From: Hemiscyllium ocellatum
Lineage: Eukaryota
Reading direction: 5' to 3'
Assembly (NCBI RefSeq): GCF_020745735.1
Contig: NC_083446.1
Span: 20,748,068-20,812,067 of the forward strand
DNA: 64,000 nucleotides
Of the stretch, positions 1 through 10,860 are shown piece after piece. The translations under genes and the position numbers were made by a program. Numbering within the stretch: position 1 is the stretch's first letter; the number at the start of each line of letters is the position of its first letter. The notes below the pieces were generated by a model. The model searched no databases, was not told the DNA's origin, and worked only from the letters and a program-made list of their open reading frames with translations.

Positions 1-1149
1 AGGTTACCGGGGTGGGGGGGGTGGTGGGTGGTGGGTATAAAGCAACGGTTCAGGTGGACAGATCAATCGCTGATGAAAAATGTAACACATGTAAATATGT
101 TACATTTCTGAAGTATTAAGACAAGAGAGTACTCAAACTGAAGAGAGGCTTGATTTATTTGATTTTACTTTTAAGCAAAGAAGATTGAGAGGTGCTCCGG
201 GTGGCGGTGTTTAACAGCATGAGGGGTATGCACAGGGTGATCAGAGAGCAGCCTTTCCCCTTACCCGTAGGCTCAATAAAAAAGGAGACAAACTTATATA
301 GTGAAAGTGGTCTCACCATTAATCTGTAGGTTGTAGAAAAACTTTCCTATTTGTGAATGCATTTGGTTTTAAAACATTTCAAGATTTATATTATTTTCAG
401 AAAAATGTGATATTGATGCAGAGGTTTGTTTTGTGATCCAGATTCCCCATTCCTCGTGCCTCTGTTTCGCTACCTGTTCATTAGAATAATATGATGTTTT
501 CATTCAACTCTCTAACATGCTCAAACACAGACACAGCTTCTCAACGATGATCCCAAGACCAATATTTGCCCATTCCCCTGACCACTTTAAAGACTTATAT
601 CCTCTTCACATCTTCCTTTTATAATCTTTTCAATGTTTATATTTTTAATAATATCTCAAAATACTTTTCATAAGATGTACAGTATGACACTTTCAGACAG
701 TGTTGATAATGTGATATCTTTGCTCAATGTCTAAACTATAAAGTTGCAACAATGCTAATGTGGTTTTCAGTCCCGTCACTCACTTCCCAGACTGAAGTTG
801 CAGAAAGGAGTCATTGAAATTTCAAAAGAATTGCCAAGAATTTACTTCTGATCGGAATGGTAATTTATCTCTTTATTATGAAATGGGCATGTTAATTACG
901 GACTGTCTGTCTGACTGCAACATTTTGATGTGGTTTACTCCATGCAATTAAACATCAGGAATAAAGAGTAGGGAAGGCCAGCTGGGTGCCAGGCCTGCCG
1001 TGGCAATCAACAAAGCCTAACTGCCGTCTTTTCTCCACATTAATGTCTTGTTCCCGACACGCAGAGCAACCTACACCTCTCTTGACCAAAACCCTCGACT
1101 CATGTCACCCCAGCCACCAACAATGAACAAAATTCAAAGAACTGCAGAT

Positions 1150-1720
1150 GGAGCAACACAAGAACATAGAAATTAGGAGTGGCGGAAGGAAATTCAACTT
1201 TGCACGTATCCACATTAAACACCATCTGCCAGATGTAACAATCTGCCCCACTTTCTAATATTTATCTGTAAACTCTTTATTTCCGTATTACAGCCTGTTC
1301 GCCACCATCTGTGAATTTAGTTGCTACACTCTGTTTCTCCTTCCAATTCATTTGGATTGATTGGAAACAGTTGAAGTCTGAGAACTGAAACCTGCAGCAC
1401 CTCAATAGTTTTAGTTCGTCAGAGAAAGACCAGTTATCCCGATGCTCTGCTTCCTGTCAGTAAGACAAACTTTTTTTCCAATTCAATATTCTACCCTTAA
1501 CCCCCGGGATCTCACCTGCTCGATCATTGCTTTGTGCAGCACCTTATCAAACGCCTTCTGATGTTTAAATGTACAGCATTTGCTGTATCTCAAATGTCCA
1601 CATTGTTCGTTACATTCTCAAAGAACTCCAGCAGGTATGTCAAGCACAACCTGCCCATCATGAAACCGTGCTGACAGTGTTGAACTGATCTTTGTCTTTC
1701 CAAATGTTCAGCTATTTCCT
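1150..1720 (-). mobile_element. CR1 LINE fragments (3' end and RT)
   Basis: Reverse AAGGCGTTTGATAAGGTG (KAFDKV) near 1545; tail near 1160. Confidence 0.6.
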
Positions 1721-1756
1721 AAGTTATGGTTGAGTGAAGAAACCATAACTTGTTTT

Positions 1757-2053
1757 GGGCGGCACGGTGGCACAGTGGTTAGTACTGCTGCCTCACAGCG
1801 CCTGAGACTCAGGCGACTGACTGTGTGGAGTTTGCATGTTCTCCCCGTGTCTGCGTGGGATTCCTCCGGGTGCTCCGGTTTCCTCCCACAGTCCAAAGAT
1901 GTGCAGGTTAGGTGAATTGGCCATGCTAAATTGCCCGTAGTGTTAGGTAAGGGGTAAATGTAAGGGTATGGGTGGGTTGCGCTTCGGCGGGTCGGTGTGG
2001 ACTTGTTGGGCCGAAGGGCCTGTTTCCACACTGTAAGTAATCTTAAAAAAAAC
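1757..2053 (+). mobile_element. HE1-type tRNA-derived SINE (B-box segment deleted)
   Basis: Begins GGGCGGCACGGTGGCACAGTGGTTAG and ends AAGGGCCTGTTTCCACACTGTAAGTAATCT+A. Lacks the GGTTCAATTCCC segment present in the other two copies. Confidence 0.9.
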
Positions 2054-2059
2054 TTCGCA

Positions 2060-2590
2060 CTTCAGAGTTAAAACTCACTGGTCTAAAGTTTTGTCATTTT
2101 TCTTATCTCTTATTTTGAATACGAGTGTCACATTATTAATTTTCCAATAGTTTGGCACATTTCCAGAATCAAAGGATTTTTGAATATCGTAGCTAACACA
2201 TTAGGTACCTCTGCTGTTACCTTCTTTAATATAACTGAGTGAAGACCGAGAGCCTGACCTCCCAGTAATCCCATCAATGCATTTAATACCTTTTTTCCTC
2301 AGCATCGTAATTTCAGCAAGATCCTTTGCAGTTGTCGTACATTTTGAGAAGAGATTATCTTACACGGTGAAAACCGGAAGTGCTGGCTTTACCACTGGCA
2401 CTTCTGAGTTTCCCATTACTACCCCGCCGTTTTCATTCTCTAAAAGGCCAACATTTGCGTTCAGCATTCTTTTACTTTTTGTCTACTCGGAGAAGTGCTC
2501 TTTATCAATTCTTAGGTTTTCAACGCTTATTTCCTTCGTAGCCATTTTGATTTTGTTTTGAGCCAAAGTTTGCGAATAATTAAAGCGTTT
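2060..2590 (-). mobile_element. CR1 ORF2 fragment
   Basis: Antisense of CR1 EN-RT linker sequence (NVGLLENE-like). Confidence 0.5.
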
Positions 2591-3230
2591 TTCTTTATTA
2601 CATTAATAGGAAGATGGCGTCGCTGGTTAGACAGCATTCATTGATTAGATTACTTACAGTGTGGAAACAGGCCCTTCGGCCCAACAAGTCCACACCGACC
2701 CGCCGAAGCGCAACCCACCCATACCCCTACATTTACCCCTTACCTAACACTACGGGCAATTTAGCATGGCCAATTCACCTGACCCGCACATCTTTGGACT
2801 GTGGGAGGAAACCGGAGCACCCGGAGGAAACCCACGCAGACACGGGGAGAACGTGCAAACTCCACACAGTCAGTCGCCTGAGGCGGGAATTGAACCCAGG
2901 TCCCTGGCGCTGTGAGGCAGCAGTGCTAACCACTGTACCACCCTTCCCTAATTGCCCAGAAGGCAGTTAAGCATCAAGGAAATTTGTGTGGATTTGAAGT
3001 CACATGTAGATCCGATCAGGTAAGAATGTAGGTTTCCAGTCTTAAAGGACATTCATGAAACATATGGACGTTTCAAATAATAAGCAATAGATTCATTATC
3101 ATCAATAGACTCTTAATTCCAGGTTCAAATTGAATTTAAATTCCACCATCTGCCATGACTGAATTTGAACCTGAGTCACCAAAACATTATCTGTATCAGC
3201 AATTGGTGCTAATGCCGCCAATCCATCACG
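2590..3230 (-). mobile_element. Second SINE family (possibly DeuSINE/SacSINE1-like), split by the HE1 SINE
   Basis: Minus strand carries a GGTTCAAATTC B-box-like head, a central CCTTACCTGATCGGATCTACATGTGACT block and a GCAATTAGGG...CAATGAATGCTG...AATAAAGAAAA tail. Homologous to 27790-28010. Confidence 0.65.
2641..2943 (-). mobile_element. HE1-type SINE nested in an older SINE
   Basis: Near-identical reverse complement of the copies at 1757 and 54511. B box GGGTTCAATTCCC is present. Confidence 0.9.
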
Positions 3231-3239
3231 TGCATGTCA

Positions 3240-3670
3240 TTACTAAATTCCTTGTTCAGACATGAATCACTTTTCACCTTTTAAAAATTTCTCTTCCACT
3301 CAAGATTGCTCTTTACTTAAGAGTTTGTACTATGTCCCGAAGTAGTTGTCACTGTTCTTCAGCAGTCCCGCCCTTTAATGCTTTTTTGCCAAGTCCACTC
3401 AGACCACGCCCTTCCTCAGACCAGTAGACTTTACGTCTGTGAGTCTGTCTTCACTGTTTCAGTCTGAATGTGAAACTGCAGCATGTTGTGGTCACTCTTT
3501 CTAAGGTGAGCTTGTACTACAGTACGATGTATCACTCCTTCCTCATCTCATTATATGATAACAAAGCCAGTTCTCTGTTTGGTTCCTTGAGACGTTACTC
3601 GAAATAATAATCCCTCATTCGTTCGATGAATCGTTCTTTGAGTCTCTACTTGCCAATTGATTAATTCAGT
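3240..3670 (-). mobile_element. CR1 endonuclease-region fragment abutting the ERV
   Basis: Antisense SDHN-like segment (GTGGTCACTC) and downstream CR1-like sequence. Confidence 0.45.
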
Positions 3671-3748
3671 CAAACCTAGGGGACTCTAACCCCAATCAAA
3701 TCCAGGGGACTTTAATCCCAATCACACCCAGGCGACTATAACCGCAAT
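3671..3748 (+). repeat. Three tandem 26-bp units in the ERV leader
   Basis: caaacctaggggactctaaccccaat / caaatccaggggactttaatcccaat / cacacccaggcgactataaccgcaat. Confidence 0.8.
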
Positions 3749-4169
3749 TCCTGTACAGATGGTAGAAAGCGTAACCCTTTGCGATTTGGTTTGAATGCCA
3801 TATGTTTGTTGGTGTTTGAGTGTTTTTGCTTTGTTCACTGGAGCTTGAGATCCGGGACTGTTCTGAATCTGATTTCTATTATGGAAACTTAACAAGATTT
3901 CTTTTAAAGTTAAGGATTTTACAGTGATTATGAAATAAAATGCTAACACGTGTTCTTTTCGAGGTCATGACTGCCTGACTATCAGTTTCTAACTAATCTC
4001 TTTTATCCTTACATAAAAGCGATTTATGGAGGACAGTTGAAGTTTCAGTTCAACATTAGATTGTAATTTTTCAAAATCCTATGGTTAATTTCTGTAATCT
4101 TTGATTCGGCCATTATTCATGCGTTCGATTTTTTGTTAAGCTTGAATAGACAAACCCTTTTAAGGCACC

Positions 4170-4965
4170 CCCGGTTATTTTACAACTTATGGCATTGTAA
4201 TTGAGCAATGACTGGTCAGGACTACTTAAGAAAACTGATTTTGGAATTAAATTAAGGGACTAAAACTGGGTAATTTTAGTGGTTTTCAAGTTTGGGGACT
4301 GGATGCATTTCACATTTTAAATATTAAATACTGAACAAATGAATTTGTAACATCTAAATATATGTTTATAAGTAAGGTTATAAATGTTATAGTAAGGTTA
4401 TATGTGTATAGTAAGGAACATATTTTAGAGTTGGACAAGCAAAAATTGATGAATTAGTATTTGAAGTTATAGGGACCAAGAAACATTGTAATACTTCCTA
4501 ACAAAAAAAACAATGTCTAAACAAACAAGTGGCAACGTACATGAGAAGCAGAAATAAAAGGAAACAATAATGAGAGGCACGGTTGAAGAGGTAATAAAGA
4601 AAAGGAAAAAAATAAAAGGACAACGAAACCGGAATGGTGGCGTACGGCATGTTGAAACTAAAGGAAGAAAATGTTAAGTGGTTTTGTGGACATGGACAGG
4701 GATCGAGGTGGAAATCCCCACAGGCAGGATGTTATTACTGTGGATAGACAGGTCACTTTAAGTGGGAATGTCTGGATCTGAAAAAGGAAGAGAGAGCGAT
4801 ATTGCTGATAAATTTCGCTGAAGAAGAGCGGTGTCAGGGGTTACTGCCCCCGGGAATCCACCAGGAACCCTTGATAAATTTAAAGGTGCGACTTTACAAA
4901 GAGGACGTCGTTTTCCTAGTCGATACAGGGGCAGCAAGTTCATCCTTAAATTTTAAGCCCCTTTA
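4170..4965 (+). pseudogene. ERV gag remnant plus protease N-terminus
   Basis: One frame reads GCYYCG*TGHFKWEC (CCHC knuckle 4730-4771), then LLINFAEEERCQG and EPLINLKVRLYKEDVVFLVDTGAASSSLNF (DTG at 4922-4930). The gag start is approximate. Confidence 0.85.
4368..4416 (+). repeat. Short ~20-bp tandem repeat (TATAGTAAGGTTATA..) in the gag remnant
   Basis: Three TA(A)GTAAGG cores spaced about 19-21 bp apart. Confidence 0.65.
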
Positions 4966-5489
4966 AATTTTATTTTTTTAAGGGAGCAGGAACGAAAGAG
5001 TTCATTGAATCATGGCGTCAGTTTTGTGATTCTTCAAACAGATATATGAGGGATGCATAACACGTAAAAATGTAAACAAGAAAGTGTGAAGAATCAGTTT
5101 AGCGCTCATGACAAGATACTGCAATCAAATTGGGATTGAATTAACTGCAAATGGTACTATTAGACCTGTTGAGGTTCTGATAAATGAAAGTGCTCAAGCA
5201 AAACATTTACAGAAACAGAATGAGAAGTCACAAGTGACTGGCAAACAAACTGAACTGCGCAATTAATTTTTCAAAATATTTTGGTCAATTGTTGCGTTTC
5301 CACCTTGAATTACAGATAATGACAATTTTATTTATATAAGATATAATTAATGCTTAATATTTATAATAAACCGATTGTGTTAGCCTGAATCAATATTAAT
5401 TGTCAGGATACCTTCACACATTCTCAGTGACCTGTCATATTCATTCACGTTTAATTTAAACCATGACAACATTAATTCATTTTAATTAA

Positions 5490-6400
5490 ACAATGGAAAG
5501 CTACATTACTGACAGATGAGATAGCGAAAGAAGCAGCCCTGAATGCATAGGAAACGGTGATTTATTCGCCAATACTTACTATCCCAGGGTCCTCGGGAAG
5601 GTCCAATATTTACGGAAAGAAAGGAAAAAGAATTGAAAAATTTAGGAGCTGCAAAAGCAGCAGACGGACATTGGATGCTACCCGATGGGAGGGAAATGCT
5701 AAACAAAATGATGAAGTGAGAAATTATGGTTGTCTTACATCAGGGGAGACTCTGGGGAATGCAAGCAATGTGTGACTTAGTCTTAAGGAAATATGGATGC
5801 AAAGGCATACATACGATAGCCAAACAGATATATGAGGGATGCATAACACGTAAAAATGTTAACAAGAAACTGTGAAGGAAACAAGTCCTAGGAGGGAGAG
5901 AACCTGGGCTAAGACCATTCTAGACCATCCAAGTAGATTATACAGAATTACCCCGAGTGGGAAGACTGAGATATGTTGGTAATAGTTGATCATTTATTCT
6001 GTTGGGTGGAGGCATATCCTCTGGCCACTGCCAATCCCAGAAACTAAAGATTTGTTCTTAAAGAAGTATATACTGGGCTTGTCCTCCTCTTTGTCTTTCC
6101 TGAGGAAACAGGGTTTATTAGCACAGACTCCACCCATTGAATTCGCTGTTCATCCGATTCGACCTGGAGACTGGATCTGAGGAAAATCATGGACAGAGAC
6201 TAAAATGCAACCGGACTGGGAAGGGCCGCACCAGGCTCTTTCGACCAGTGAAACAGTGATGAGGACAGAGGAGAAAGGCTGGACTCACTACACTCGGATC
6301 AAAGAACCAGTGGAAAGTCCAATTGAGGAAGACGTCTGGACAGCCGAATCAATGCAAGAACCGCTGAAACTCAGGCTAAAGAGACTTGGAGTAACTGATT
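5490..6400 (+). pseudogene. ERV pol remnant: RNase H end, integrase N-terminus and start of core, integrase C-terminal GPY/F region
   Basis: TDEIAKEAAL; PF*TIQVDYTELPRVGRLRY...WVEAYP; IRPGDWI..QPDWEGPHQALSTSETVMRTEEKGWTHYTRIK. Stops, shifts and a core deletion are present. Confidence 0.85.
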
Positions 6401-6467
6401 ATACAGTGGCGATGCGAGCGCATGATTATTTTTATGGGATTGTACATTAAGTCTTTTGGTGCTTCAG

Positions 6468-8225
6468 CATGACTTTTAGAATGCTGGGGATGCTTAGAGT
6501 TATAATACTAGCTCTCTTAGTATTGGAGTTTCGTCAACCATCATTTTCATATGTGTTATTAAGGGTCCCTGAGTCTGATTACCCTCAAGTAATAGACACC
6601 GATGTTTGCAGCTAGGTAAATTGTGGGGATGTAGATAACCGTACCACAGCTCAGAGATACATCTTAAGTCCTATGGAAATGGCCTTGGAGATGGTACTTG
6701 GTATAATGGTCTTGTCACAATACACTGGGCCCCCTTCCGACAAGGTTTCGATTGTCTCGATAAAGAGTGTGACCCAATATACTTACCGATAAAGAAAACC
6801 ACATGGCACGAAGGAATTTCGGGGTGGGGGAGTGGGGGGCACTATCAGGTACAAGTAAATGAAACATTTTGGATAGAAATGACAACAAACGGGAATGATT
6901 TCTCGGGCTGTTGTTTTCGAATTAGCGTAGGAAAGGGAAAACTACTGGATAATAAGATATAACCTTTCACCCCTCCCGATGACCCTAAAGTTGTAAAAAT
7001 TATAGAAGTGAAGGACTTGAAACAGACTATCAAAATACAGGATACAGGGATAAAAACGCCTGGGTTGAATGGGTAAAGTATACCCTAAAAAGTCTGAATA
7101 CGTGCAATTGTTATGCATGTGCCTCCCGTCGTCCAGTGGCCCTTTCTGCTCGGATGGAAGCGAGACAACAAGGGCATGAAATGTATGAAATCCCTATATC
7201 AGGATAAGACTGCATGGAATGATAAGAACTGTACCTCCCCATCTCTGATATTCCCTCCCTTGGAGATGAAAGACTTAAAAGCCCCGCCCCACCCCCATGT
7301 TTTCAGACGCAGTAGGAAATCACATATCGTATGTGCATAGACGAGGTACAAATCGGTCTAGAGATTTGGGGAAGCTGAAATAATGTACAGAGATTAAGAA
7401 TTTCACCGATGCAGACAAGGGAGGGAACTACTCAGCACTAAAGGTCCAACGAGCGGATCTGTGTGGGTTTTGTGGAGGCAAAATATTGAGACCCACCCTA
7501 CCTCCAGATTAGAGAGGGATATGTGCAATGGTACAATTCGCAATTCCATTTACCCTGGCATTTGAGAAAGGAAAAGATATTCGGGTAAAAGACGAGTAAG
7601 AGATCACTCTTAGATTCTTTGTTTGGATGACAGGATTTATCTCAATTCTATCGGAGTCCGTGTGAGGCGGGGTGGGGGGCGGGGGGGAGGGGGTACCTGA
7701 TGTGTTCAAGGCTAGCAACCAGATTGAAGCAGGCTTTGAGTCAGCTCACTTTTGGGGGAGACAGTTAATAAAAATGTAAATTGGATAAAATACATTTTCA
7801 ATAATCAACAGCGATTTATAAATTATATAGGAGATGCTGTTAAATGAATATCAGAACAACTTGATGCGACAAATATGATAGCATGTGAAAGCAGAATGGC
7901 CCTTGATATTATTGGAAAAAAGCTGTGTGTGTGTGTGATGTTAGGAGAAAGCTGTTGTACCTTCATGCCCAATAACCCTGCACCTGATGGTTCCATTATT
8001 CGGGCCTTAAGGGGATTGACTACCTTAGCAGACGAACTGGCTGATAATTCAGGAGAAGACACTTCTCTCACAGGATGGCTTGAATCATGGTTTGGAAAAT
8101 GGAAGGGGGTGGTGGTTGCGGTCCTTATGTCCCTGATATTAGGAGCTGGGGTATTGGTAGCCATTGGCTGTTGCATCATACCCTGTATACGAGGGCTCAC
8201 CCAAAGACTGATTGAGACAGCCTGA
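6468..8225 (+). pseudogene. ERV env (SU-TM), disrupted; TM C-terminal 116 codons open
   Basis: Hydrophobic N-terminus; AIPFTLAFEK before a basic RRVR cleavage-like site (~7590); GVPDVFKASNQIEAGFES; ESRMALD..CVMLGESCCTFMPNNPAPDGS (ISD plus CX6CC-like); anchor WFGKWKGVVVAVLMSLILGAGVLVAIGCCIIPCIRGL. Confidence 0.88.
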
Positions 8226-8404
8226 ATGAAACAGATGCCCCTAAAAGGGAATCACGCAGAAGGACGTCTTTCTATTAAATAATGAGGGCATAAGTGAGAT
8301 GAAGCTTGATGAAGTCTCAGGAATGACGCTTGTGAATTTTGAGGCGATACTTAATGGAGAAATTCCAGAAACAGTAATTGAACGTAAAAATAAAAAGGGG
8401 GAAT

Positions 8405-9208
8405 TGTGAGGAGTAATTATCAATGTTGTTACTTGCAAATATCACAAGGCTAAATCATGAAAGAGGAAGAAGGGTGTAGGTTAAGCGAGATATATTTGTA
8501 CAAACAGTTATAAACAAAAAAAAAACACAATCGAGAGGTCATAAGGCTCAGTATGGGAAAAGAATGGTGGGAAATGTTGCTCTAGCAAACAAGGAAGCAG
8601 ATAGCAGTCAAGGAGGAAATATAACGAACACAAAATGACTAATACGAGGGGTCATATTTTTAAGCTGGTTGGAGGAATGTATAGAGGTGGGTTCTTTACG
8701 TAGAGAGTTGTGAGAGCATGGGATGCGTTGCCAGCAGCAGTTGTGGAAGCAAGGTCATTGGGGACCTTTAAGAGACTACTGAACATGCATATGGTCACAG
8801 AAATTTGAGGGTGCATACATGAGGAACAGTGGTCGGCACAACATCGTGGGCTGAAGGGCGTGTTCTGTGCTGTACTGTTCTATGTTCTATGTTCTATAAC
8901 AATAGACAACAGAGGGATGTGATGAAGCAGCCAAGTAGGACATGCAAGTTTGTCACGAACAAGGCCAGATAAGGCAAGAGATAAGCGGCCCTGTTTAGAG
9001 AAGTGGGAAATATAATCAGGTGAGAAGCAATGGAATAAGGGGAGGAGGAGTAAAAGAGGAATGAATTGTATAAAAATTGGTGTACTAGTCAAACTCGGTG
9101 TGCATATCTTATAGGCGCCACGCCTGCAAGAGTATAACAAACGATATTGCTGCTTCAGATCTTGACTCGGACTGAAATTATTGAAGTCAGTGTGTTCTAT
9201 TTCCCACA
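8405..9208 (+). mobile_element. ERV 3' LTR (about 540 bp after removing the CR1 insert)
   Basis: PPT AAAAATAAAAAGGGGGAAT directly before TGTGAGGA; ends TTCCCACA (imperfect inverted termini); TATA-like GTATAAAA near 9068. Confidence 0.75.
8632..8897 (+). mobile_element. 5'-truncated CR1/HER1 LINE 3' end inserted into the ERV LTR
   Basis: ACGAGGGGTCATATTTTTAAGC...GGGCTGAAGGGCGTGTTCTGTGCTGTAC with a (TGTTCTA)3 tail. Confidence 0.85.
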
Positions 9209-9410
9209 CAACCATGGAGATCCTGCTTTTAACTCAGGCCTCGCTTCCTAAACTTTCTTTGCTGGACCTTTCACTCCTCTTACAAATGTCATTCGTATCA
9301 ATGTGTACCACGACCGCTGGCTATTCAGCCTCCTCCTTCAGTATGTCATGAACATGCTCGGAAACATGCCTTATCCTTGCCCCAACCGCCCTTTGAATGA
9401 AGAGTTTATA

Positions 9411-9560
9411 GAATCACAGATTCACTGCGGTGGGACAACAGGCCATTTCACACAGCACGTCCACGCTGACCCTCGAAGTGTAACTCTGACCCATTCCCTT
9501 ACTCGATAACTCTGCATTTGCCCCTGACTAATGCACCTAACCAGCACATTGTGAACACTA
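9411..9560 (-). mobile_element. HE1/HER1 3' tail fragment
   Basis: Plus strand ATAGAATCACAG...ACAGGCCATTTC...CTAATGCACCTAACC is the reverse of the shared SINE/LINE tail. Confidence 0.55.
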
Positions 9561-10161
9561 TTGACCAAAAGTAAACAACCTAGACCCATTCTCTTACACG
9601 ATGTTGAATCGGCTTTCTCACAACAGATGCATCCAGAAATACTGAACATTTCCAGCAACTTCTGGTTTTGTCACGGATGATATTTGCATATTGATGAAAA
9701 CATATGCAACTTAAACTAGAAACAAAGCTGAATTTAAATTCTCAGGAGAAAACTAAATATTTGGTAATTCAATGATCCCAGTAAAGTTTTATTGAATTAC
9801 TCCTGTTCTGATCGTGAACGTCATTTGTTCACTTTCCCAATCCTGAATAAAGGAGATTTTTGCATCTTTTTTAATATCAGAAAGCTCGGAAAAGTTGCAC
9901 ATTTACTTCTTCGTATGGGAATGAAATTGCATCTCATTCGTTTATTTCAGTTCAATTACAGAGAATTATTCACAAAACACACACAATATATTACTTTGTC
10001 GAAGATTACCAGTAATGTTGTAACTGGTATCATAGCTGGAAAGAAGGATTTAGACAAAGGAAGGATGAGAGAAAGCGGGTCATTTTTTGAACAGAAAAGA
10101 CAATTATGTGAACTTAGGTGATCAAATTTATGGAAAAATATGTAGGGCTGACAAACGATAC

Positions 10162-10860
10162 TGTTATGAAGGTGTAGAGAAATACGTTGTTCTGAAAAAA
10201 GTTAAAATGTTACATTTGACTGTGAAACAAATAGCCAGTCTGCATTGGCGTGGTACAAAAACAAATTCAAATTCGTCCAGACAGTTTAACTATGTCCCAA
10301 CATACTGAAATCCAATGGAGTTTGAAATATAATGTATTTGATGACATCAAAATCAATGAACTAATCCAATCTATTGAGATATAAAACCAGTCAGTTTGAA
10401 CATTTATGGAGAGAACTGACAAGGGCATTGACAAAGATAGACTGCGAGCTGACGAGCTTTTTAAAAGGTACCTGTCTGTAAGAGGTTGCACAGCAGAACA
10501 TCATAGCCAACCGAGATAAAAGTCTACAGAGAAAAATCTACAAAGGAGAATTGACAAACCTGACTGGTTTTGAAACGTGATTACATTATTTAAACAATCT
10601 TAATCATGGTCTTTTGTTTCATCAGACAAGTATAGTAGAGTGGGGGGTAAAAGGAAGGTTTAACAAAACGAGTTCTAAATAGTTATTAAATTTAATATTC
10701 TCTGTTGGACTTAAACAACAAAATTACCAATTTTACTTCAAATAGTGAACTCTGTAAATGGATCTTTGCCTCTCTAAATTTAATAGATTCCAGCATGAGG
10801 TGAACTTTTTTCTTTGTGGCTGGTTTTGATTAGGAGAGGGGTTTACCCTGTGTCATAACA
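10162..10860 (+). mobile_element. Gypsy 5' LTR
   Basis: Perfect 8-bp inverted termini TGTTATGA...TCATAACA, followed by PBS-like GTTTGGGGCC. Confidence 0.75.

Larger units (their letters stand above)
3671..9208 (+). mobile_element. Internally deleted endogenous retrovirus (gamma/epsilon-like class I): leader, gag remnant, pro, RNaseH end, partial integrase, env, 3' LTR; no 5' LTR seen
   Basis: Zinc knuckle, DTG protease, integrase motifs, env TM, PPT and LTR occur in retroviral order on one strand (see sub-features). Confidence 0.9.

Noticed and set aside
1708-2970. Two near-identical ORFs (WKQALRPNKSTPTRRS...) resembling a duplicated gene
   Set aside because: They are antisense translations of two HE1 SINE copies.
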